64,000 bases of DNA from Chrysomallon squamiferum. Taxonomy: Eukaryota; Animalia; Mollusca. Below the pieces are notes generated by a model that made no database searches, had not been told where the DNA came from, and was given only the letters and a program-made list of their open reading frames with translations. Position numbers and translations under genes: made by a program. The DNA lies in the NCBI GenBank assembly GCA_012295275.1, contig CM022668.1:8990001-9054000 (forward strand), given 5' to 3'. The first letter of the stretch is position 1. Each line of letters starts with the position of its first letter. Of the stretch, positions 14,667 to 29,894 are shown piece by piece.

Positions 14667-14943
14667 TGTCTGTCTGTCTGTCTGTCTGTCTGACTATCTG
14701 GGCTGCTTCATCTGTCTTGTTTTTTTTCTAATTCTGTTTCTGTTTATATCTTGCGCTTTCTCTCTCCGACTCTCACCCTTGCTGTTTCTGTCTATCTGTC
14801 GACATATCTACCTTCCTATCTATCCATATAATCTACATTTATGTTAGTGTGTGTGTGTGTGTGTTTGAAAGGGGGCGTGCGTGTGAGGGGGAAATGCTGT
14901 TTGGAGAGTATAGGTGCGTATGTATGTATATATGTATTTATTG

Positions 14944-14981
<38 letters not shown>

Positions 14982-15789
14982 CATATGTGTGCATGTCTGT
15001 GGGTGTGGGTGTGTGTCAGGTTTTAACGGCTGTTAACATTAAACTAAATATAGTCAGGAATCAATAAACCATAGTATTTATTTATTCAAACATTAAAGCC
15101 ACCATTTTCTCATAAACTGTGTTTCACGTGTCAGTGCAACAAAAAACACAACAACAACAGAGTCACGAGAGCTGAGACTGTCCGATTGGAACCGACGAAG
15201 AACGGCATTGTCCTCACAAATTACCCTTTGACGCCATCCACGAGATATAAAAATTCGGTTATTTACGGCTCTTCACGGTTATTGGTGTCACTGGACCAAA
15301 ACCGCCCTCGCCATCCGTCATACGCAGGATGGTGATTAACTGTCACCCCCTTTTGTTGCTGAAAAATTCTTTACCGATCTGGGACACTTTTCCTTATTCT
15401 TTACATCAAAGACCCGACTAAATGAAATTACTCGCAGGCCCATCGTGTGCGCTCGGCTGTTTTCGTCATTCGCACCCACTGACCCGAATTTAGAATCGGC
15501 AACTGTCGCTGACTGACGGGAACAGATGGCTCTGTCGGGTGGGGCGCCCGGCACGTGCTGTGACGTCACGGATGTGCTTTGGATGGCACGCCACCTGTCA
15601 ACGAATGCAGTGGCCATCGTCGAAGAATGCTGGTTGAATGTTTTAAAAAAAAAAAAAAAAAAAAAAATGAAGCGCAGTTTCATTCATGTTCAGAGATTTC
15701 AAAGTAGGTCAGGCAAATAACTGACTGAGTTTAGAGTTTACTGGAATGGTTAAATATCAGTAATAAATATCAACTAAGCGATCCTTCAT

Positions 15790-15807
15790 TTATCAACGTT
15801 CTCAACA

Positions 15808-15856
<49 letters not shown>

Positions 15857-16110
15857 GTATTACGTTAGTTAAATGTGTTTGTTTTAATTACTCTTTTTAA
15901 AATAAACCTAAGGTTATGTGATATACATGTTTAAGGAAATAAAAAGAGAATAAACGCCCCGTGCTCTCGCGATATTTAGCAGGAAAGGATCTTTTACTGC
16001 ACCTTCTCATAGACAGAAAAGTACCCATGTCCTTTGATAAACCAGTCACGGGACATGACTGATGTAAACAGAACGAAGGCCGTCTTCAGGAGAATTGATT
16101 TTACAGTCAC
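15790..16110 (-). mobile_element. Degenerate SINE remnant (Meta-domain-like)
   Basis: TTAGCAGGAAAGGATCTTTTACTGCACCTTCTCATAGACAG...CCTTTGATAAACCAGTC resembles, from memory, the reverse complement of the MetaSINE core (CCTGTCTGTGGGATGGTGCATATAAAAGATCCCTTGCTGCTAA). A related fragment lies at ~120-205. Needs a Dfam/Repbase check. Confidence 0.55.
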
Positions 16111-16259
16111 TCACACCTCAAACCTAAGCTTTAACCAAATGTTTGATGCAACTTCCAACAGTCCAGATAACAAAAATATATTTTTTATTATGCGATTTGT
16201 TTTACGATTTTAATTTTAATTTTATTTTCTTGTTAGGTGTTCGTGTTTGTTGTTATTGT

Positions 16260-16290
<31 letters not shown>

Positions 16291-16452
16291 TTACTATTAT
16301 AATTATTTATTTATTTATTTGTTTATTCATTCATTCATTCATTCATTTATTCTTGACTCTAGGAAATATCGTTTTAACTTTTTATACTTCTTAATAGGTA
16401 TCAATTCCTATGAAATAACTCAAAATAGTTCAAAGTTAATCATTCAGACGTT

Positions 16453-16543
<91 letters not shown>

Positions 16544-19268
16544 GCATACACACACCGAAAAAAAAACAGCTCGATAAACAGACAGATAGACAGAGACAAA
16601 TAATTATACAAAACATTTCACAAACTTGCTGCAGGTTTTCTTTTATTATTTATTTACAAGTCATTTATTTTAAAACGAAATTTATTAAACTAATCTGAGA
16701 GCTAGTAAAAAAAAAAAAAAAAAAAAAACTACTAATATACAATTAAACATATTTTATTTGGAATTTTAATAATGTTATGAAAAGTTCCTCGCTGCTTGGC
16801 AACTGCATTATCACACTGCTTTTGATTATTTGTTACGTAAGAGAATACGACCAACATATTGGCAGAACATGATACCAGCAAATGACCAGCAATATTGATT
16901 TTGGAACCACTGCACTAAACTGTCACAGTACCTCAAAGGAAATTCCGGTCTCGCCGCTTACGTCAATAAAAATTATGCATCCGTCATTAGATGCCGCTTG
17001 TACCATTACACAATGGAACGATAATTAGTTTCTCAAAGATTAAGCGCGCATTCGTGATTATCCGGAAAGAGTTTTAGATACCAGTCAAATCGTTCGCGAC
17101 AAAAAAAATCTCTATTTATGACAGTTTTTTTTTGTTTGAAAGCGTCAGAGGTTACAGAGAACACACGTATTTACATCTTTACATCTTTATTTACCGAAGA
17201 ATCTCAAGGATGGCGGGGTCAAAGTTCCAAAAATAACCCAACCAGGATTTCGAGTCTTCGCGTCAGAAGAATTTTACTGTCTGTAACAAAACGCTACTCA
17301 TCTACTAAAAGAGTTCTGCACGTGCGTTTCTGCCCTGCTTGATGCAGAATCAAGATATCCCAGCATTCCTGGTTGTCTCGCTCTGAAGACGGCAGCTGTT
17401 TCGAGATCTGACGTCTGCCGATGATGGCATGGCGGCCAGACGGGGGGGGGAATCATCATGAATGGGGGAGTCGTGACGACTTAGACACGTGCGGCTGGTT
17501 AGTTAATAAAAATACCTTTTCACTCGGCTACTTTTACCTGCATACTTAGTAGCTTCAGTCTGCACTTGAAAGTGCTACAAAGTAAAGTGAAATGTGCATT
17601 ATCGTTAAGTGTCAGTACTTTTTGTAATTATGTGTGTTTATGTGGAGCAGACACACAGACACACAGACACACACACACACACACGTAATACGTACATAAA
17701 CACGTATATACGTACATTCTGATACACAGAAGATGGACAGATAGATGGATACATATATAAATACATTCACATACACACGGATATACACACATGTATGCCA
17801 TGTGTGTGTCAAAACGAAATGTTTTCTATTTTACCTTAAATATTTTGAAATGAATAAATAAATAAATAATAACAATAATAATAATAATAATTTTTTTTTT
17901 TAAAGTAATAAACACAAAAATGTGATTTTTAATCGAATGAAATAAAATTCCTCTTTGTTACTGTCTGTTATATAATTATATAGTTGTAACGTTGTCCGTA
18001 TTTATTTATTATTATTTTTTTTTTTTTTTTTTTTTTTACAATGCGAGACGGAATTGTTGTTTAGTGATAGACGTTTTTGCCCCTGTCGACAACGAATGTT
18101 AACGAATGAACGGAAAACATACTGGCTTGAACTGAAGGTAAATGCAACAAAATTAGTACTACGTTATTACTTTATATATAAAAATTTAACAGATAATTCA
18201 AGAGCTATGCAAAAAATAAAATTATCACATGTTTAATTAAATTAAAAATTTATAGTAAAACTTTTAACGTTTTTTGAAACAAGTTCAAGATGGAATCGAC
18301 ATGATTCCATCACATCTATTTATGTTATACTTTATTCTATATTTTATTATAATCACTTCTGAACTCGGTTTAATCATAAAATATTCAACTTGAGCTGGGA
18401 AATCTTTGTTACAGGTCGGAATGTCGGCGCAGTCAACAAACAGACACTTCTGTCCCATCCCTGGGCGAAGAAAAGGAAGTGAACCGCCGAGGTCAAACCA
18501 AGTCACGCCGACCCGAGACTTCGCGAGATCTCTCTGCAAACAAACACGAGCGCGTTCTTGCGTCGCTTTGATGTTTGTTTTGCAAGTGTCAGGGGGTGAT
18601 GGGGAGGTTGGTCGTCCGAAGTCAAATCCACTTTCTTCACGTTCACCTCTGACTGGGACGGTAGAGATCGAAAAAAAAAAAAAAAATGACGTCCCAGCTG
18701 TAAGAAGAATTCCCTGCAGCCCCTCGGGGGCCTATGTCGCTGGGTTCAAGACTTGTTTTATTTTCGTGCTGAAATAACAAGAACGAGCAGGCGCGGGTCA
18801 TTGTATGATTTTTTTTTTTTTTTTTTTTTCAACCTTGTCAGACGAACAACATTCAATGAGTTCTGTTTTAGATAAAGACAGAAATTGCAGTATTTATAAC
18901 AGATGTATGGAAAAAGCTTCTAACAACAAATTTTTATGTAGAAATTTAATCTGCTTTTTCTCTTGTCTTCCTTCTTTTCTTCTTCTTCTTCTTCTTTTCT
19001 TCTTGTTCTTCTTGTTCTTCTTCTTAAAGATGCCACTTTCATTCTAGATTATTTATATTTTCTCAATTAGGGCGTCTAACGGTCCACACCAAATTAATTA
19101 GTTATCGAGTCAGTAGTATAATAAATCCCATTGTGACGTTGTTGTGACGCCGGTGTAATAACTAAACAACAACGTCCGCTGTCTTGTAACAGAAAGTTGA
19201 TGTCTAATGTGTATGTGTGTCTGTCTCTGTCTCTGTGTCTGACAGGATCTTTATAACGCTCTGTTGTA

Positions 19269-19321
<53 letters not shown>

Positions 19322-19397
19322 GATAGTTGTTGTTGACACTGCTTGCATATTGTGATTTTCTCACTGGCTTTATCTTTCTGTTAATATAATAATATAT

Positions 19398-19454
<57 letters not shown>

Positions 19455-20043
19455 CAACGTCAAGGCAGATCATTAGTTTTGCTGAGACAAGCTATTTTTA
19501 TTATTCACGGTCGATTTCACGCGACAACAATATAGCACGTGCAGCAGTACCACTGGGTACAGTGACCTAACAGACAACCGAGGGTGATATTAAACTCACA
19601 CTCACCGCGGTCACTGACACGCTCTGGTCGTCAAGGAAACGGTCGAATTACGTCACGAAACATGGCCTTTCATTACGTCATCGGAGATTTATTTTGGGGT
19701 CTGTGACCGGCCGGGACCAGTTAGAAGCTCACACAGTTAGGCAATTTGCTGCCTTTTAAATTACTTAATCAGTTTTGCTCGGCGCGTTACTCAATTTCTG
19801 TCGTGGAATATGCTTTGGCTTATCGTTATTCAACGTTATCTGCGTGTTTTTCCACCAAACAGTAAACAGTCTGTATTAAATATTTTTATATTTTTATATA
19901 TGTGTGTGATATATCCATTTTGTTACAAATGTACTGTTACAAAAATATAACTTTTACTAATATTACAAATATACTACTACTGCTGCTGCTGTTGCTTCTA
20001 CTATTACCAGTATTACTACTACTATTACTATTATTACTACCAC

Positions 20044-20104
<61 letters not shown>

Positions 20105-21539
20105 TCTGTCACACATATCCTATATATATATATATATATATTCACTTGTAATCTAAAGCTGTACTTTGCCTTTATTAAACACAATTAAACATAAAATTAA
20201 TAACAGAACTTCTCACATTCAATCGAAGGAAAGTCTATTCTATTTACTTTGATCAAAGGATCGGCCTGACATTCTAGCTAGAATCTTTATCATCGTTCAT
20301 AGAATAGTGAGAATAAAATTTCCCATCGACCTAGTTACGAGTTCTTTTTACTTTTTTTTTTTTTTTTTTTTATTTATTTTAATTTATTTATTTATTTATT
20401 TATTTATATTTTGTATTTATTTCTGTATATTTATTCTTTAGTAAACTTATCTTAGCATTATGCTTATCTATACTTTTACAATTATTGACTGTGTGTGAAT
20501 GTATGTATATATATATATATATATATATTTGTGTGCGCGCGTGTGTGTATCTATATCTCTATATTTGTATGTGTCTTATCTCAGCGTTCCAATATATGGA
20601 ATTATGCATCATATACTTCATTTCGCTCCAGTATGTTTTAACGTGTTTTATGGAAAATTTTCTACGAAGCTGATGACTGAAATGTCGCGGATATCCACTG
20701 ATTTTCCTTTATTTGCAATAATTGTTTGATATCATTCATAATACAATTTCTCCATTCCCCCAAAATGTGATAACAACAACAATAATAATAATAATTACGA
20801 TAATAATAATAATAATAATAATAATAACGATGAAGATGATTTAAACAATAAAATCAGAACGTTAACACTCTGCCGTTTCTTACAGAGCAGCAGTAAGAAG
20901 TTAATAACATACACCATCCCTATAACAGGAAAATATATACAGTAAATGTCTAAAAAATAAAATTGAAATCAGTCTAGATGATACGTTTAAAATGAAAAAA
21001 AAAAAAACCCTAATAGGTACAACAAGGGGGAACCGATCTTCAAGTCTATCGTATATCACGAGGGTAATCTAATCACTGACCACTGTCCACTATTGGAATT
21101 AGGGGGGAAAAAAAAAAAAAAAAAGGGTTTGAGGCGACTCCTCTCAATTCTTTTACGAAGCTTCTTTGAAGTCCGGCAAGGCTTGGGAGTTTTATTACAT
21201 CTACCAGAGATGTATTTCAAACTAACTGCCAAGCTTGCCTTTCATCCGCCATCGCTGTTACGTTTTTCACGCCGCAGCTCCGGGCGATAACCTGTCGAGG
21301 CGAAACGTACACGCCAGCAGCAGGGCAGTGACCTCAGAGGTCAAAATTCCACCTTATGTGAAGAGTTACGCAGCAGAGTTATGTACCTTTATGTAACGTC
21401 AAAGGTTAAGTCGCGTACATGCTTATTAGCGTAGAGAGCGTTAGAACGACCAGGAGGGGCGGGGGGTGACAGTTTTTTGTTTTACGATTAGTGTTTACGT
21501 GTGTTTGTTTTTGTTCGAAGAATGAAAGAGAGAAAAGAA

Positions 21540-21640
21540 AGGAAAGAAGGAAGAAATATTTTATTTAATGACGCCCTCAATGTATTCTTAATGTACAGTT
21601 AAATGGCGTACGTAGTTGTTGTGGCCTATAAAACGACAAC
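21540..21640 (-). mobile_element. SINE 3' tail remnant
   Basis: GAAGGAAGAAATATTTTATTTAATGACGCCCTCAATGTATT...CAGTTAAATGGCGT with a GAAG-type tail; a similar sequence occurs in the opposite orientation at ~41294-41370. Confidence 0.45.
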
Positions 21641-22278
21641 CACACTGCAGCAATATCCCGACTGGTCGATAAAAAGGACAAAACAGTGATGTAGGGAAAT
21701 GCCGTCTGTTTACTTTAACTAACAGTTTTACTGATTAAAACAAAACGGTTTATTTTGGCTAATTCGGAGTTAGTTTTGAGCTGTTTGTTATTATCTGTGT
21801 CATGTTTCAAAGGGTTAAATTTAAAGACCGTGCAAGTAATTCGAAAAGAAACTTGCAGATTTTATTTTATTTTTTATTTTTTATTTTTTATTTTTTTTCG
21901 GTTAACAGAAAATGGCCTTTTGCAACTACATCCTAGAGAAATTATGCCAGTGATGGATGGTAATGGGAAGGATTTAACCTTTTCTTCTAGCTAACATGCA
22001 AACTACCTAAACATTTGCTCAGGTTTTATCATGCCATATGAACTATAACCAGCAACTTGTTGTATGTTGTTGTTGTTGTTTTTTGTTTTTCTGGCTGCGT
22101 ATATTTTCCTTAATTTTCTTTTTTTTTTTTTTAATTTGTTCTTAAAATTCTTCTTCTTCTCTTTATTATCACTACTGTTGCAGTTTGTTGTTATGTTGAC
22201 TTACAAAAATAAAAAATTCCAGAAAACATATGTTTATTAAATATTATTATTATTTAATGGTGATTCCGTACTAGGCAA

Positions 22279-22343
<65 letters not shown>

Positions 22344-22865
22344 TTTATTTATTTATTTAGTAGTAGTTTTGAAATAATATACTGCTTACAAAGTATAATA
22401 ATGCGAATAATAACCGCTACAAACTGCGGAAACTAATCGAAGACGTGGTGGGAATCGTTGAAGCTGATTTATGTGGAAGGGGAAGCAACTGTGAACGGCC
22501 GGTTTTCGAAAGCTGTTTAGGGAATGAGAATATATGCAAAACGTAATACAAGGGAAACAACTCTTAGATGCGCAAATAAATCTGTAAAATGGCGAAAGAA
22601 AATAAAGTAGCTCAAAAACTCACTGTAGTGTTTAATTTTTAATAGAAGCGATTTTGAAAATGATTTTCTAGATGGTCTGTGATTTTAATATTTAGTATTG
22701 TACTAATGATTAGTTATTTATTTATTTATTTTATTTTATTTTATTTTTTTTAAATAATTATATTACTTCTCTACAAATCAATGATTTTTATTTCATGTAT
22801 TCAAATGCATATTGTCAACATTTTATTCATCCAGTAATCATACACTTTTTATAGTGAAAGTCATG

Positions 22866-22904
<39 letters not shown>

Positions 22905-24515
22905 GAACCAAAATTAAAGAATTGTTATCTTATGTTTTATACAGTAATTTATATACATATATATATATATATTTGTACCAGAATTTAGGAGTAAATATTC
23001 AGTTAGTAAATAAATAAATAAAATAAAATAAAATAAAATAAAATAAAATAATGAAACGAAATGAAATGAAATAAAATAAATTACACTAACACAACAAGCA
23101 CCCACATAGAGCTTTATTCATAAAAATACACAGACTTGAAAGATTTACATTTACAGTTAATTATATGTAATAATAACATGTTTACATGTATATCAAACAT
23201 TAACAAAGTAATAGTCAAGAGACACAATATTACATTATTGCATTAAACACAATGATACAAGAAAAATAAAATAATAATGATAAAAGTATATTAAATATAT
23301 TAAGTAGTAGTAGTAGTAATAATAATAATAATAATAAATAAATAATATTTTAATAATAATAATAATAAATAAATGAAAAAATAAATAGTTTTTTTTTTTT
23401 TTTTTTAATATAACTGTCAAATGATGGACAGAAATAAATGAAAAAAAAATAAAAATAAAAATATAAATACGATAGATAGTACAGAATGTAAATAAATTAT
23501 TAAACTGATTTCTTCAAGGCTGTAAATAAGTTAGATAATGTGACCTGTTGTCTTGTTTGTTTTGTTTTTTAATTTTTATTATAATGTTGTTGTTTTTGGT
23601 TGGATGGTTTTGTTTAAGTGTTTTTTAATAGGTACATTTGATTATTCTGATTGTCAAATATCAAAAAGAAATCATTTTACCACTGTCACAAAATTATAAT
23701 ATAGATTATATATCACAATAATAATAATTTGTTTTTCTATTATTATGTAACCTTAATTATAATTTGATAATACATAAATATTTGTTTTTTGTAAAGTTTG
23801 ACACTGTCTTAAACCAATTTGTATTAATAGTAGATATAACATTAACATTAGTAGAAAAAACAGTATGCAATAAGTAGTTATAATGTTAGTAGAAAATAAC
23901 AGTATAATAATAATAATAGAAGTTATATCTTAATAGTAGTAGAAAAATAATCTATAATAATAGCAGGTATATTAATTGTAGTAGTAGTATTAATAGAGAT
24001 AATAATAGTACTTGTATTAGTAATTTGTTACTGAAGAAGTGAACACTACAGTAATAATATTAACTGAGAACACCATTGTATCTGTTTAGCAATGTACAGC
24101 ATGATCACATGATTGTTATGTACATTTCTGAGACAGTAACTAAATTTAAATAAATATAAAAGAATATCTATCTGCCTTTGTTTGTGTATGTGAGTGTGTG
24201 TGTGATTGTCTGTGTTACTATAAAGAGATATATATATATATATCTGTATACTAACACACACCACATATATATAACAAATCTACAATTTCTTTATTTTTTA
24301 TTTATTTTATTAAAGTTATTTTTTTTTAATATCTATTTTTGATTTGTCTGTTGTTTTTTTCTTTCCTCACTTTACTATATGTGACATTTGAAATAGTTAA
24401 AATCCCATTCAAGAAAACTAGATTCCAGAACATTTCAAATACAATAAAATATTTAAATTACTGGCTGCTATGCAAGTAATATGATAAATGGGACTAACAT
24501 TGTAGTAGATTACCA

Positions 24516-24550
<35 letters not shown>

Positions 24551-26649
24551 TATATATATATATATATATATATATAAATTATGTAATCCAAAATAACAAA
24601 AAGATTTCAACAAACATATTACAGTTTAAAATTAAACGAAATACTAAGACAAAAGTAAAATATATAAAATTAGATCTACTAAATGTAAAAATCTGCAACA
24701 ATAAATTCTGGGAAACTTAACAAAATGATCTATTAAAATACGTACATACATACACACATATGTACATACATACATATACATATATATATATATATATACC
24801 AATCTACAATGTAAAATTACCGGATAGTGCACCACTGTATACAAAACTTATTCAACAACAAAAGCAGTTCTTCTCTATCAGGTGAATAAAATATATGTAA
24901 AGCAACAAAAAGGAACATAATAGTAAAATGAAACATGCATCTAAAACATTCTGTAACAAAAAGTAACATGTTACAATTGACAAATAACATATATGACACA
25001 AAGTTTGTAAAATATGAATGGTAACAACAAAAAAATAAGTAATAATTAAAACATAATTAATTAATTAATTCAACATAGATGACAGATGTATTTTTAATTG
25101 TATCTGGTTCTCTATTATATCTGTCTCTCTCTATAAAAGTTTTTTTTTTTTTTTTTTTTATTATTATATAATTTTTTACTTCTTATTTTTTCATAATCCA
25201 AATTAACATTACTTTCTTTTAATTGTTTATTTAAAAATTCAGGTTCTTAGAACAGGTTTAAATATTAAAATATTCATCAATAAAGAAAATCCAAAATACA
25301 GTGTTAAAAAAAAATCTAACAATACATTAAATAAATGTAAAAATAACAAATAAACTTTTAAAGAGATTACAAATTTGTGTCAGAATTTTCAATATATATG
25401 TTTATCAATATATTATAAACAGTATCATAAAACAAATCTTCAAAACTCCATAAACAAAAATACATCTGTATGTATCAAAATTACTGAAACCTACAAAAAA
25501 CTATTTCCTTCAAAACAGAGTATGTACATGTATATTTCAATAGATATTAAGACAATGAAATCCATTTTAAATATTTGTTCTTCTAAAATGACAAATATAT
25601 GCAGTTGTTTAAATAAAAGACAAAACAGCTGAAAAAATATCAAATTGTATATAAAATTGTGTTTTGTGCCTTTAAGGTATTCCATCCAGATGTAAAAAAA
25701 AATATTGTAATGCCATCACATCAAAAAGAATTGAAAAAAATGTAGTTATAATGTATTTTATGCATAAAAATCTGTAACAAAAACAGTATGCTTATTGGGT
25801 TTTTTATGCCTTTATCTCATACATATCCAAAAGAAATTAAAAATGTTTCATTATTTTATACCATTAAGATCCAAAACAGATCCTAAGAGTATCCTGGCAA
25901 GTTGTTTTCTTTTATGACATTCTGATATTATGATCCAAATATAACAAAATGCAGAGAACAAATTTTCAAAGTATAGTAACAAGGTTTTCTGGTTTGTGAA
26001 TTCTGGGCTGTTCATATTTCAGTGTTTCTGCTGCCTTGGGAAAATAAAGCTATATAAGAAGCATTATATAAAAGATTTGTTTACATCTATTAGAGAAAAT
26101 TTAAAAAAAAAAAAAAAAAAAAAAACGCCTCAATATGCAAGCCAATTTTAATTAAAGTTTTGATTCATTCTTACTGATGCCAGTATAATGAAATCAAAGT
26201 TTATGTTTAAGGAAGAAAGGAAAAAGATAACATATTTATTAAACTGAATTTGATTAAAATTTTTGATGAATATAATAAAAAAAAAGGTTAAATTTTCGGC
26301 TTTACTTTAATTAAACTGTTTATGCTGTACGTAATCAATTCATATTTGAATTATCAAAACTCTGATTTAAAAAAAAGAAGAAAGAAAAAAAGAAGTAATC
26401 TGAACCAAAGTTTTTGTTTACACCAAATATAATTTGTTACACATTCAATGTCATTAATACCACAATGTTGATTTGGTAGTAGAAAACAAATTGGTTACAT
26501 TCTCAAACATTTTGATAAAGTAAAGAAAAAGCAAATACATACTCAAGTTGTTAAAATATAAATTTTAGTTTTAAGATCTGTGGCTTTTGGGACTTTTTTT
26601 TTTTTTTTTAAATAGTTTCTATTAATGCATGAAATTCGGATTTTTACTG

Positions 26650-26810
26650 AAAAAATGGTTACATATTCAGACTGATTTCTTTTTTCCAAAACAAAAATGG
26701 TTACAAATTCAGACTAATTTTATTGCTAAAGAAGACCAGTTACAAATTCAGGATGCTTTCATTTATGCTAACCAAAAATGGTTACATATTCAGATTGTTT
26801 TTATTCTTGC
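26650..26810. repeat. ~42-bp degenerate tandem repeat, about 4 copies
   Basis: AAATGGTTACAWATTCAGA recurs at ~26653, 26695, (26737) and 26776. Confidence 0.7.
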
Positions 26811-27342
26811 TAACTGAAAACACATCAAATTCAATATTCTTAACAAGTTACATATTTAAACAACTGTCAGTTAGTTTTGATTTATTTTTAACAAAATTCT
26901 TTGAGAAATCAAAGTCATTAAAACACTTTTTGCTTTTCATTTAAAAAAAAAAAAAATTACATATTAAAAAAATATGGTGAAGAAAAACTTTATGTGATCA
27001 GTTATTAAAATAAAACCTCAGTAAAAATGTTCTATAAAACTTACATGTAAAGTTGTTCAAATATTAAGAATTTGCTCCAGTTTGAACAAAACAAACAGAT
27101 TACTAATTGTATGTTCATTATACAATTAGCAAGTTGTCCATAATTTAAAAAAAAAAACAAATAACAGACACATTAATATATGATATCCAAAACATTATCA
27201 AGAACTCCACAAACCTTTGTTATGAAAAGAACTTATAATATAAAAAATAAAAAATTTGCTAATTTTAAATATTTCACAAGACTGATTAAAGATTTCTGAC
27301 AAAATTGTAATCACATACAATAGCAATGTATGTGTATATGTC

Positions 27343-27390
<48 letters not shown>

Positions 27391-28249
27391 AAAGCTAATA
27401 TAGTTCAAAACAATCCATAGATATTATAAACAAGCATGATTAATTTATGCTTACAAATAGAATAAAGGCATAAGTGAACATAGTCTATGGAAATTTACAA
27501 ATTTATACATCAGATATATATATATATATATAATACCATTTTTATATAATTAAAAATAAAATATTTAACATAAAAATAACAAAAAATTTATTTTGACTAG
27601 AATTGGTTTATAAGATCTTTATTTATTATCATATTCAAATTACAAACATCACTACTGTTGTTGTTGCTTTTGTAATTTGATTAATTTTGATAATATTTGT
27701 TTTCATTATTTTTACTAAGCTACAAAATGTTGACTGTCCTATATATGTCAACAATTTCAATAAAAATTCTATTTTGTTAAATAACAATCATCGACAATTA
27801 ATTATTTCATTTACAAAAATAACTAACAGTGTTATTTTTCGCTGTTTTAAACAGATCAGTATTTTTGTATTCTAACACATCACACAGTTTATTTAATCAT
27901 GCAGTATTCATTAAATAATCAACTTTAATTGACAAAAAAAAAAAAAAATTTTTTTTTTAACAAGACCTACAACACATTGCAGCTCTGAATTCATATTGGA
28001 ATGTAGGCTTGGAAATTAAAAAAAAAAAATTTTTATAAAATCTATAATAATTTGTGCTATTTTCAATATATATAATGAAATTATAAACCTGTTAATACAT
28101 AAATTTTACATTTCTTTTCTAAGCTGTCTGTTAAAAAATCTACACTAAAAACAAGAAGTGTGACTGCTATTACAAAAAGCAAATTTCACTTGTAACTAGA
28201 AGAAATAGAAAATGTAACAAGATCTGTAATATTAGTTCACTATAAAAGC

Positions 28250-28860
28250 AAAACTATGATCCAACAAAACAAAAACAACTTAAAAAACTATGTTATGATC
28301 TGTCAAAAACTGTAAGTGACATTTAAAAAAAAAATACTTCATAACAATCGAGCTAAAATTTATTGTCACAAGATAAAAAAAAAAAAAAAACATTGAGTTT
28401 TAACTTTAATACTTAAGCCAAAAAAATGTAATAATTGCAAGCATAATCCAGATAAAACTTATAGTCAAAAGAGCTATTCAATAATCAATCTAAAACTTTA
28501 ACTATTACAACTCAAAAGACTATGTTATAATATTCAGGCTAACATTTGTTGCTAAAGGTCAAAAGAACTATTCTGTAATAATCCATCTAAAATTTTAATA
28601 AACACAGTTTACAATGATCCAGCTAAAACTTAAAGCTGTAAGTGGAAAAATAACATGCTAAAATCCATTTAAAGGTCTAATAGTTACATCTATAAAATGA
28701 ACTATAGTACATGATCATACTAAAGGACTATGGACTATGAAATAATCCATCTAAAACTTTAAAACTGTTATAATGATTCAGCTAAAACTTGTAGCTATGA
28801 TATAAAAGGAAACTATGTTGTAATGCAGAAACAAGTTTAATAACTACATCTCCAAAAACT
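28250..28860. repeat. Old degenerate tandem repeat
   Basis: Recurrent ATAATCCAKCTAAAACTT / AACTATGTTAT motifs at irregular 35-60 bp spacing. Confidence 0.55.
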
Positions 28861-29016
28861 AAATATTTATGGGACTACTGAAGCTTCATATTTCATACAA
28901 AAAAAAAAAAACCTTTCTTCAAATTACCACTAAGGTTGTAATTACCCTTTAACGACACCCAAGTATTATAATTAAAATAAATGAATATATATATATATAT
29001 ATATATAATGCCAAAC

Positions 29017-29048
<32 letters not shown>

Positions 29049-29195
29049 GAACATGAAAAATCAACAAATCAAAAAAGAAAGGAACTGTATCATGTTTTAA
29101 CAAGCATTTTCAAAACATTATTTCAACAAATACTTACAAAATAATAAGAAAATTAAAACTTTTATGAAATTAATGAATGAAAAACAATTTAAAGT

Positions 29196-29230
<35 letters not shown>

Positions 29231-29394
29231 TTTAATAGATATATGAAATGATTCTGGAAGCAAAATCTATGAAAAAAATAAAAATTAAAAAATACCAATC
29301 ATAGTAATAAAAAGTGAAAAAAACGTCTCTTTATTACTGTCCTGCTGTTCTCTTGTAGTCTCATTCATGTTCTGTTGTCTCCAGGTTTACCCAC

Positions 29395-29450
29395 TCACTG
29401 TGGATAAGGTGGGGCTGGCTGTGGTGGGTATGGCTGAGGTGGGTATGGCG
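29395..29450 (-). CDS. Shisa-like gene terminal coding exon
   Basis: cactag acceptor after a poly-T tract; APYPPQPYPPQPAPPYPQ-stop (TGA at 29397-29395). Confidence 0.82.
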
Positions 29451-29565
29451 CTAGTGAAATTAAAAAAAAAAAAAAAAAAAAAAAATATGTATATATATAA
29501 AAAATATGCATCATACATATATATATAAACAATATGCCTCATATATATATATATAAACAATATGC

Positions 29566-29602
<37 letters not shown>

Positions 29603-29863
29603 GGGTGTGTGTAAAAGTAGGTATACAGTAGTATCACATCAGTGAATTTAGTAGCACATTAAGTTAGTTGGACTCATTTTTTCTTATTTTGAGTGTCATT
29701 AACCATATTTTATTTAAATTAATAAAAATGAATATATTTTTGTATTAGCTTTTTTTGTTTGAATAATAAATGCAGTGAGTACTGTAAGTGTTTTCTTTTT
29801 TCATAACTGTATAACTACTTTTGCATCCCCCTGTATATATATGTATGTATATGTGTGTGTGTG

Positions 29864-29894
<31 letters not shown>

